From Phaeosaccion multiseriatum (Eukaryota > Protista > Ochrophyta, other classes), in NCBI GenBank assembly GCA_965112735.1, contig OZ218950.1, positions 3,596,001-3,660,000 on the forward strand: a DNA stretch of 64,000 bases, read 5' to 3'. The translations under genes were made by a program, and so were the position numbers. The first letter of the stretch is position 1, and each line of letters begins with the position of its first letter. The notes under the pieces were generated by a model that ran no database searches, was not told the DNA's origin, and saw nothing but the letters and a program-made list of their open reading frames with translations. Positions 34,042-47,000 of the stretch are shown here, piece after piece.

Positions 34042-37000
34042 ATGTCTCATGGGCGGGTGCGGCAGCCCTCCGTGGGGAATGGGAGTCCTTCGTTGGGGCC
34101 TACGCCGAACGCTCTCACAGCAGCAGCAACCAACTCGGTAAGGGGTCTAGACAGAGGAGCAAGTACATGTCGCAAACAAACGGGGGGGGGGGCAGGTCCC
34201 TTTGTGAGCGGTGCTGAGGCGAAGTTGCGCTGCCTTTCTTGGCTCCCTCCCCCTGTGCAGAGTGGCGAGGGTCACATGTGTGTTTTGTGTCCTCCTCTTT
34301 TGGTCTCTTTCTTTGTCGCTCTCTCTGCTTTTGTAATTTTGATATGGGGCCATGGCTTTTGTGCACTCCATGCTTACTCCCGAGTCTCCTTTCCGTCGCT
34401 TTCTGCTCTCCACGCCCAACTCATGTGCTTCCTTCCCTCCTCCTGCACGCCTCCTCTCGACAACAACGCTTTGTTCTTGTGTCCCGTAGCTGCTGCAAAG
34501 CAACGCCACCAATGAGCAGGGAGAGGTGTTGGGCCTAGTGACCAACCACCTCTCCCTCCGCCTGGACAGGCCGGTGGAAGGCTGCGACCTCAAGCCCAGG
34601 GCGTACTTGTACAGTAAGCAGCGGACTGCCACAGGCATTATCAATAAGGCGTACAACATCCCGGGGCACACGCTGCAGTACCAGTGGTTCAGGGGGCCGG
34701 AGCGGCAGGTTTGCGCCAACCCCTCCTGCCCCCGGGGGGACACCTTCAGTCCTCTCGTGTGGTCGGCCTGGGCTTTACAGGTGGGTGGGTCGGGGAAGGG
34801 AGGGGGTGGAAGAAAGAAGGGAGGGAAGGAAGCGAGGGAGCGAGGAAGGGAAGGGAGGGAAGGAAGGAAGGCATGGAGGAAGGGAAGGAAGCGAAGGTGG
34901 GAGGAAGGGAAGGGAAGGGCCGAGTCATAGAGCGGCTTAGGGAGCGTCACTTCAGTTTCCCACGTAACTGACATACTTTTGGGCTCTCTTCCATATAACT
35001 CCTCTCGCTTGCTGTCAACGATGCTTCTTCGATGCATTGGATTTGGTATGGAGCACAGGGGGTGCGCTTACAGTGCCACCTCTGCTACAGAGCTAAAATC
35101 CCTAGACACCACTCCGTGTTTTGCAACGAGGCGTGCTTCCGAAAGGCGTTCATGCTCCACCAAGCGAAGCACGTGCACCTCATTCCCAAGGCCAGCAAGG
35201 GACCGGGGGGGGGGGCACCGCGGGTCGCCGGGGCGGCAGCAACACCAGCAGCAGCAGCGGCAGCGGCAGCAGCTGCATTGGCAGCATCAGGAGCAGTTCC
35301 AGCAGCACCACCAGGAGTACTTCCACCAGAGGTGGACGCGTTTGACGATAGAGATGAAGTGGTGGTGGAGGAGGAGAAGTGGGCCCTCATTACGAGTGAG
35401 AAGACGTTCTCTCCCGGGCAGGATGATGTGGGGCACTGTTTGCGGCTCGAGTGCAGGGCAACGCTGCCGGACGGAAGCTTGGTGTGTCCGCCCAAGGTGA
35501 GGCAACACGACGAGGACGAGAGCGAGAGCGAGAGGGAGGGCGAGGGCAGGGTGAGGGTGAGGGTGGGCCTTTCTGTTCTGTGATAGGGAGGGTTGGATGT
35601 GTCTATCCTCAGCTCAGGCGCTGGTGTTTGGTACCGAATTGCGGTGCGATATTATGCCTTTTGTGCCCCTCCCCTTATCTTTGCTCCTCCTTCCCTTGCC
35701 TTGCTTTGCCAACAGACGGTCACCACAGAACCCGTGTTGAGCCGGCCTCCAGTGCCCCCTCGGCGTACGCTGCAGATGGGCAAGAACCAAACTGCCAAGC
35801 CGCACCACCTGCAGGGCAACGGGGGCGCCAGCTTCAGAGTTGTGAGCTACAACCTTCTCGCAGAAATCTACGCCACGCAGAACATGTACCCCAATTGCGA
35901 CTTTTGGGCGCTGGCATGGTGAGTGAGTGAGTGAGGTGGAATAGGAGGAGTGGGTGAGTAAGTGAGTGAGTGAGTGTGTATGAGTGAGTGGAGTGGAGTG
36001 AGTGAGGGCGTAGGTGAGGAATGAGTGGGTGAGTGGGGCTCGAGTATACGTCATGGCACGGGAGGGAGGGAGGGTTGGAGGGAGGGAGGGATGGAGGTGG
36101 GGCGGTGGGGTTGGAGGCTGAGAGGAACAAAGGGGGGGAAGGGAAAGTTGATGTACTTGTACTGAGAGAGAGAGAGACATGTACACGGAATCGGTCTCGG
36201 CCTCCTCCTACGGCTCCTAACACACATCTTTGTCATACCCCTTCCCCATTCCCCCACCCCATCCTCATCCCTAGGCTGTACCGGCGAAGCAACCTCTTGC
36301 GTGAACTCATCGAGTCCAACGGGGACGTGCTCTGCCTCCAGGAGGTGCAGCAGGACTCCTTCCACAACTACTTTCAGCCGAACCTCGGCCAAGCGGTGAG
36401 TAAGACGTGAGGATGGATGGGTGTACACACGTTGTGAAGGTTCTTAATTACAGCACTGTACTTACGACATGGAAAGGGGACAGTTACAAAGTCACGGGTG
36501 CCGCGGTCAGTCACCCCCATCACAAACACGCCTCCTCTCTATTGCACCCCCCCCCCACCCCCGCCCTGCGTCGCGGCTTTACCTCCTTATCTCGCCTCCT
36601 CGACTTGCATTCTCGACTTGCCTCCCTCTCAGGGCTACGACGGCATCTACAAGGCCAAGACTCGGGAGAGCATGGGTATGGCGGGCCAGGTGGACGGGTG
36701 TGCGCTCTTCTGGCGGAGGTCGTGCTTTGCCATGGTGGAGAACTACGCCATCTCCTTTAACGAATGCGCTCAGCGGGCAGCGCAGGCTATGGGCCTCTCG
36801 CCCGATGACGCACACCACTACATACAGAGGCTGAGCAAGGACAATATTGCACAGGTTGCGGTGTTGGAGCTGCTGCAGCCCTTCAAGAGCGGTAGCTTGA
36901 ACAACGCGGCCGCCGGGGGGGGGCAGGGAGCAGCAGGAGCAGGGTCAGGAGCAGCAGGAGGGGGGGCTGCGGGGGGCGGAGGTGGGGGGGCAGCGGGAGG

Positions 37001-38465
37001 TAGAGGCGGGAGCATGGGCGGAGGCGGTGCGGGGCGGGCGGTGGGGCAGCAGTTCAGTCAATTTTGCGTGGTAAACACACATCTCTACAGCAACCCCGAC
37101 TTTCCCGACGTGAAGCTTTGGCAGAGTCTGAGCTTGGTGCACGAGGTGAGCGCCGTTGGACGAGGGAAGGGAGAGGAGGAGAGGCGGGGCAGATATGAGA
37201 GGGAGGGAGGGAGGGAGGGAGAAAGAAAGAGAGAGAGAGACTGCAGCCCCCCCCCGCATCCCCGGCCTGGTTTTCCTCATTCTTGGAGGGAGCACAAGTG
37301 TTTGACACGTTTCCCCTCATGACGTGTAGCTCGGTTTGGCGTGGAACGGGACTTTTAGTCGTCTCGTCTTGATTGTTCTGGTTTGGTACATTTGCAGGGA
37401 GCCCCTTGTGTACCACTGCAACTCCATACTCTGCCGACCGGACTGGCTGATACATCCTTCAACTCACACCTCACAGACCTCCCTCAATCTACTCTAACCT
37501 CTGACCACCACCTCTTACTCCGCCCACGGCCCTCCCATCCTCCCCTCCCCTTCCCTCTCCCTCTCTACGTTAACTCCAGCTGGAGCACTTTCTCATGACT
37601 CGCACGGGAGGCATGGTTCCGCACATGCTGATGGGCGACTTCAACAGCCTGCCCTCCAGCGCTGTCTATGACCTCATGACCACAGGGGGGGTGCCGCACG
37701 ACCACCCCGATCTGCAGAACGATGCCTACCATGTACTGCCAGACGCCTCGGAGATTACGCACGGCTTGTCGCTGAGGAGCGCGTATGGGTCCATCTATGG
37801 AAGTGAGCCTCCATACACCAACTACACTGACAACTTCCAAGGAGGTGAGAGAGAGGTGGAAAGAGGGAGGGAGTGGGAGAGGGATTGGAGAAAAGAGGAA
37901 ATGCGCAGACGCGCAGGAAGAAGGAAGTGGGTATGGCTGGAGTAGAGGCGGAGTGTTGTTCACAAACAATCGACGAGGCTCAAATGGGCCTTTCGGTGTG
38001 TGGTCGGTGCGTGTGGATGACACATATTCGTGCTAAGCTTCTGGGGAGGACGGATGATGTGTCGTCCTTTGTGAGCCCATACTCTCATACTCTGCTGCCC
38101 TTCTCGTCTCGTGTCGTTCGCTCCTGCTCAAATGAATCCCTCTTCTGTCTGTCTCAGTGCTGGACTACATGTGGGTGGGCTTTCCGCACTTCCGAGTACT
38201 GGCAGTAGCGCCGGTACCCACGGAGGAGGAGATCCGCAGCATGGGGCCCGCCTGCCCGAACGTTCAGTTCAGCAGCGACCACATGATGCTTGTGGGGCAA
38301 GTTCAGCTGGGGGGGCCTAGCCAAGCGGGAGGAGGAGGAGGGGGGGGAGGAGGAGGAGGCGGAGGAGGAGGAGGCGGAGGAGGCGGAGGCCAGGGGCAGG
38401 GGGGAGGGCAGGGGGGAGGTGACTACCCCTCACATCTCTTTTCAGGGGGGCGAAGGCCATACTGA
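34042..38465 (+). CDS. CCR4: CCR4-family (EEP) poly(A) deadenylase, plant-type architecture with N-terminal MYND-like Zn finger
   Basis: Exon 1 34042-34137 splices to 34490. Motifs LRLDRPVEGCDL.P, LQYQWFRG, CHLC...FCNEACF...HQAKH, DDVGHCLRLEC, FRVVSYNLLAEIYA, DVLCLQEVQ, DGCALFW, VNTHLYSNPDFPDVKLWQ, MGDFNSLP, EPPYTNYT..F.G|VLDYMW, SSDH. Confidence 0.93.
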
Positions 38466-38789
38466 TTGATGATGATGATGATGATGATGACGATGATGGC
38501 GGTGAGCAGGTTCGTATGCCACCTTCTGTTCATAATTAGATTTCTTTTGCTTTCAGCCAAAGCAAAGGGAGAACAATCGCAATTGGGTCTTTCTCGAGGG
38601 AACACGTGGGGAAGCGGGGGCAGGGGGAGCAAGCTTCCGTAGCGCAGTAGTGGAGGGCCTAAGGGGATTGAATGACTATAGGGGTAAAGAGTAGGAAGAG
38701 TGCACCTACAGCGACGGCTTCAGGCGACCCTTGGGGGGTTAAATGATGGACGGTGCGTTGGCGTCGAGTAGAGACTGAGCAGGTAGACG

Positions 38790-38862
38790 GAGGGGGGGAT
38801 GGGGGGGAGGGGGGGTGAGGGAGGGGGGGATGGGGGGGAGGGGGGGTGAGGGAGGGGGGGGG
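38790..38862 (+). repeat. Perfect 31-bp G-rich tandem duplication (~2.3 copies), G-quadruplex-prone
   Basis: GAGGGGGGGATGGGGGGGAGGGGGGGTGAGG occurs at 38790-38820 and 38821-38851, plus a partial third copy. Confidence 0.85.
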
Positions 38863-39409
38863 ACAAAGCTCCATTTGGGAGATAACTTGAGATGTTTCGG
38901 CGATGTACTTTTAAGCCCCACATACTAACATATTATATTATTTGATGACAAGCACTTGTCCTTAGAGAATTCTTTGTTTCCCATCTTGGTATTCCCCCCA
39001 AGCTCCTTTTGAGCCATTACTTTTAGACAACCATAGATGGCACTTAAGGGTGTAAATAGGCTCACTTTTATACCGTCGAGCGCCGGCCCAAAAAGGGAGA
39101 AAAAAAAGAAATTATAAACTTTCCCGGCCTGCGGCGCCACCCCCTCTCTGATCAACCTCTACATGCTCCACGAAGCGTGCGCGAGAGAGTAGAGGCAACT
39201 GAAGAAGACCAATGCGTTGTATATACAAATTATGTACACGGATAGGTGTAGTTCACCCTCAAGGGCCGTGCTGAGCCTGGCGTAATCTCTGCCTTTCCCG
39301 CGCTGCCCTTTTCTGGACCCTTGCCTTCTCCCTTCCCTCCTCGCCTGCGTCTCTTCTTCTCCTTCTCGCGGCCTCCCTCTTCTTCCGTTGCCGCCTCTCG
39401 TGGGCACTC

Positions 39410-41100
39410 TCACCTTCCCCGACACCACCCTCTGCAGCAGCAGCCTCTACAGGCGCTATAGCTGCTCCTGCCCCTGATCCTCCCGCTGCCGGCCAGAGTG
39501 CTGCGGCTGCTGCTGCCTGTGCTGGTCCTGCTGCTGCTGCTGCTACTGCTCCCCCTCCTCCTCCTCCTCTCCTCCTCCTCCTCCTCCTCCTCCTCCTCCT
39601 CCTCCTCCTCCTCCTCCTCCTCCTCCTCCTCCTCCTCCTCCTCCTCCTCCTCCTCCTCCTCCTCCTCCTCCTCCTCCTCCTCCTCCTCCTCCTCCTCCTC
39701 CTCCTCCTCCTCCTCCTCCTTCTCCTCCTCCTCCTCCTCCTCCTCCTCCTCCTTCTCCTCCTCCTTCTCCTCCTCCTCCTCCTCCTCCTCCTCCTCCTCC
39801 CTCTCCTCCTCCCTCTTCTCCTCCTTCTCCTCCTCCTCCTCCTCCTCCTCCTCCTCCTCCTCCTCCTCCTCCTCCTCCTCCTCCTCCTCCTCCTCCTCCT
39901 CCTCCTCCTCCTCCCACAGCTGATTCTCCTCCTTCTCCCCCCCCCCGCCTCCTCCTCCTCCGCCTCCTGCTGTGGCAGACGTTGTGTCCTGCGTAGCATC
40001 TCCGCCAAAGTAGTCCTCGCCAAAGTGGTCTCCACCCTCCCCCGCAGCTGGAGCATGATTCTCTGCTCGCTCTTGCCCCTCGATGGCGTCGTAGTCCCCT
40101 TGTGATGCCGAGAGAGTCTGTGCACTGGGCAGAAGCTCCTGCACCCACGCCTTGTCCACACTTCCCGCGGCGGCTGCAGATGGGCCCACTTCCCTCCTAA
40201 GGGGCCGCTGGACACTCTCGAAGAAGGCGCCGCTCCTGAGCTCGTTGTACGCGAGTTCTGCGTGGAAGATAGACTGCAAGTAAGCCTCTGCAGTGGATGG
40301 TATAAGAAACACTCCCATGCGAGCGGCAAGGGTGGCCAGAGAGCCGCCCGCATCTGCCTTGAAGCGATCCCCCACTTCAGGAATCGACGCGCGCATCAAG
40401 GCCACCAATTCCTCTTTTGTGAGCTTCTGAGTTCCTCGAAGCCGCTCCCCTTGTCTCCCCAGACGAGCTGCCAGAAACTCACCTCCCCTGGATGTGCCCG
40501 CCGCCACCTCCTGCACTTGACCAGCAGCACCTCCCGTTGTCACAAGAGACTCGAACACAGGCGAGGTCGGCAGCTGCGCTGGTGATGCAGTGGTGGTACT
40601 CGCTACTGCGACGTCCGAGCTCTGCACCTCGCATGCCTCCCTTTGCGCCTCCCACGCGTAGTGCATGCCTTGTTGAAGCACAAGGGGTGCAGAACGATCA
40701 AGTACTGTGTACCCCTCCTGCATCCCCTTTGGAACTTGGAGTCCCAGGCGGCCAAGCGAGGCTGCGACTTGCTCAAGCAGCTCGAGGTCGTAGTGGAACA
40801 CATCAGAGGGGAATCTGCCGAGCTTGCGGAGAGCGTTCATGGAGAAGCGAAAGTCAAACTCGTTGACTATGGCGTCCACCAGCTCCGCGCTTGCCCTCTT
40901 GGACAGAGCAGACAGCACAAGCCTCAAGTGAAGGTGGTACCCCTCCAGCGCAGAGCTCTGGCGCAAGCAGCGGAAAATCGCCAAGCCAGTCTTGGTCGTC
41001 CGCAGATACACATACATCTCCACTCCCGGCCTGTCCGAAAGCCTCCCGGCCATGATGTAGCTCATAGCAGTCTTGAAGATGGCGGCGTGCTTACTGTTGA
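39410..41100 (-). mobile_element. Truncated DDE transposase relic (Mutator/MULE-like C-terminal catalytic region) fused to a long poly-Glu tract
   Basis: YIMAGRLSDRPGVEMY...TGLAIFRCLRQSSALEGYHLHL...SAELVDAIVNEFDFRFSM resembles, from memory, the G.LSDPPG..LY....GL..YRC.RGT..LE..H segment that carries the third (E) catalytic residue in MULE-like transposases. The upstream D..D/DxxH region is absent. Confidence 0.6.
39570..39915 (-). repeat. (GAG)n trinucleotide tract of ~115 codons encoding poly-Glu
   Basis: Near-continuous CTC/CCT repeat on the + strand with a few interruptions. Confidence 0.95.
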
Positions 41101-41349
41101 GCGGTGAGTTGAGACACACAGGAGTGTAGGGAGAGACTGGCCTCTGTGTCGGACTTCTCAGTTGGATGATCATTTCCCTCCGGTCCGGATGATTCGTACT
41201 CCACACCCCTCCAGCTCACCGATGCCTCTTTCTCGTTGCTAGCCTTCGATTCAGGACCTCGAAACTACGGTCATCACTGCTACTGCTGATGCTTCTGTCT
41301 GACGGTGCCAGTCTCTTCCTCCCTCATCCCCTCACCGGCACACACACAG

Positions 41350-43808
<2,459 letters not shown>

Positions 43809-44017
43809 TCGGCGAGAAGAAGAAAAAGGGTGCCTAATAGTAAAATTTCTCTTGAGCGAGGCTGTCTGGACACAAAAATAGTAAATCAAGGAGCAAAGAG
43901 AAGGCGCAAAGGGCCTAGTCCCAGGAACTCTCGTTTAGGGCGATGCCTGAACCCCCTTCCGCACAGGTTCTTGACTCATATTTTGTAGTGGAGCTGCGGC
44001 TTTGTTGACCTGAGTCG

Positions 44018-47000
44018 ATGGCACCTGCGGCAGAACCGAGCGAGCCGGAGCCTATGGAAGAAGGAGAAGACACAGGGGATTCGGAAGCTGCTGACGAAGA
44101 GGAGGATGGCCAGGAGAAGTTTGAAGGACATATGGAGGACCAGCAAGATGTTGGCGGTGACGCGGAGGTAAAACCTTGCGTCCTCGGGGAAGGGGCTGCG
44201 GAGCGGGAAGCTGTTGACAAGGAGGAGGATGGGGAAGCTGACGGAGAGGAGGGTGGCCAGGAGGAGCGCGAAGGAGAGATGGAGGACCAGAAAGATGTTG
44301 GCAGTGACCTAGAGGTGAGGGCGAAGGGGGGGGGGGAAACAAGGCCGATGAGCTCCTTTGTCTCTTCCATCTTCTGTCTTCTTCTAAATGATCTGTGCTG
44401 GCTTAATCTTCCCCCTATCTACTGAAGGACGAAGACCCTGACGAGAATACCTGGGAGGACGGGGATGACGAGGAGCGGGACGAGGAGGAAGAGGACGAGG
44501 ATGACGCGATTAACTGGGAGGACGGGGGCGACGAGGGGCGGGACGAGGAGGAAGAGGACGAGGATGACGAGATTAACTGGGAGGACGGGGGCGACGAGGA
44601 AAGGGGGGAGGAAGAAGGAAGCAGCGAGGAGGAGGCCGAGGAGACCAGCACCCAGGTAGGAGAAGGTCGGCAGTGCCAGCCCCTGAGAAGAGAGGGGGAT
44701 GAAAACGGTCCATATCTTGACGCTGAACAAGTGCCGCATTGAAATGCGACCTGGCTTCGCTTTTCCCCCGCTCGTTCGTCCTACTCGGCCTCTAAAGGAG
44801 TGTGCATACTTGTGACAGCCCCTAACTCTTCCTCAATTCCCCACTTCACCCCCTTGCCCCCGCGATGTTGCTGACGCGCGTCCTTGTGTTCTCACGAGCA
44901 GCGAGAGGGAGGGCTCGTAATTGAGATCCAAGTCCCCAAGGTAGGCGCTTCTGGCCAGACACAGGCACAGGCAGAGGCCCTCGAGAAAGAGAAGAAGACG
45001 AGCAGCAAGAGCAAGAAGAGGAAGCATCCGGAGACCATCAAGTATGAGAGGTATGGCAGGAAGGAAGGAAGGAAGGAAGGAAGCAGGAAGGCGGGGGCAG
45101 GTAGGCAAGCAGGCGGACAAGTAGGCAGGCGGATAGGTAGACAGGCTGAGTGCCCCTCAGTGAGACCCCAGAGGGGCCGCGATGCTCAGCCCTTCCATCT
45201 GTATACCCGGCATCCGGGGGGGGGGGGCTCTTTTTGGGCACCCTGTTCACTGACCTCTCTGGAGGCTTCAATCCTCCTTCACCTGGGGCAGGGGCGGCTT
45301 TGACAGCGGCTGGGGCCTGCGTGTGTGGCTGTGACTGTACTGACCGGCCCCCTCTCCTCTCCTCTCATCTCATTTCCCCCCCGCCCCGCGTGTGTTGTGA
45401 GGTGGACACTCCGCTGTACTCATTGACCCCCTCTCCTCTCCCCTCCCCCCTCTTCCTTCTCTCTCCTTTTGGTGCAGGTGGATGTTCCGTTCGAAGCACC
45501 GCGCCGGCCTCGTGCTCATGGTGGCGAGAGCGCAGTTCCTCAACAAGGCCGCCGCCGACGCCGTGCTGCAAGCCTCCGTAGTGTCGCTCCTCCCTGCGCA
45601 GCTGCTCAAGGTACGTGTATAGTGCGTGTAGGTAGAATCCTGCCCCTCCAAACTCACTCCCGCGATAGCAGTAGAGAGTAGTCAAGTGTTTCACCTCCTG
45701 TCTCTGTGTGCCCAGAGGATCCGAGTGTCGACGGACTTCGTGTCTGGTCAGGAAGGGTGGATGTTGACTTTTCCAGTTTGCGCTCCAATCTCCCGTCTCC
45801 TTTTACACTCACCCACACACACACAACCGCACAACCACACACACCCACGGCCAAACACGCACACCCCCACACCCCCACGCACATGCATCCCTCCTTGCCT
45901 TGTTTGATCTTCACAGAGATGCGACGGCGAGGCCTCAAAGGCAAGCCTCTCCCTCCTCATTGACTTTATGCACGAAACCTTCGAGGTGGTGCCCGACGTG
46001 GACATCACAGACGACGAAGGAGGGGGAGGCTCCGGCGCGGATAGGCTGGCCAAGGTCTTGGCGCAGCGGGCGGGTGGAGAGCACGAGGTTACGCAACTGG
46101 TACGAATGTCCGCCGGCCCAAAGACCAGACCGAGTCTGCTCACATCTTCTCTCTCACCGAGGGAGGAAAACGAGCTCTTTCTTCCAGCCCTTGTCGTCAC
46201 AACCCCCCACCCCGCATATACCAACCAATGTATTGTGTCCACACGTTGCGTCTGTTGCCCACCACCCTACCTGCTCTCTCTCTCTCTGCAGTTCCTTGCT
46301 CTGTGCCGAGGCCTGGGCCTAAAGGCCCGCTACGTCACATGCATCGACCTCCCTACCGTTCGGCAGGAGAAGATGAGGCAGAGGGAAAGGGATGCAATGA
46401 AGGCGAGCAAGACCTTGTTTGCGCCTTCCTCTTGGGGCTCCGATGGTGTCTCGAATGGTGGGCTTGGTGGGGGTAGGGGCTCCTCTTCCTCGTCCTCGGC
46501 TCGGGCAGGAAAGAGTGCCAGTGCAGTTATCGATTTGTGCAGCGGGGACGATGATGATGGCAGTGACTGTGAAATCGTGACTGTCGGCGGCGGCAAAGAG
46601 TCCCAGCAGGAGGAGAACGGGAAGGAGCGGAACAACGGCGCAGCACCGTCCAAGAAGAGGAAAAGCAACGAGAAGACGAAGGACAATGATTCTAACGAGG
46701 ACAGTGGAGAAGAAGAGGATGAGAGTCGAAGAGGCAAACGCAAGAAGGCTAAGAAAGCGGCAAAGGGGAAAAGCGGGTCGGAAGAGGAGAAGGAGAAGGG
46801 AGACAAGAGCAAGGCGAAAGGGAAGGGCAAAGCCAAGGCAGCCCCACAGGAGGTTAAAAAGAAGGCGCCAAAGAACCCACGCAAGAGGGGCGAGAGGCTG
46901 GAGGAGGGGAGGTGCAGAGGCGGCGCTTGGATCGAGGTCTTCGTCAGCGAGAGTTGTTCGGCTTCGGGGGGGGCGAGCAGCAGCAGCAGCAGCAGCGCGG

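Noticed and set aside
38744-38746. In-frame TGA in a candidate CDK first exon as selenocysteine or readthrough
   Set aside because: The flanking peptide shows no CDK similarity, I identified no SECIS element, and a simpler upstream donor exists.
39259-40353. Poly-Arg, poly-Gly and poly-Ser ORFs over the GAG tract, and similar antisense ORFs such as 49222-51303 and 58192-58667
   Set aside because: These are alternative-frame or antisense shadows of trinucleotide repeats in GC-rich DNA, with no independent coding evidence.
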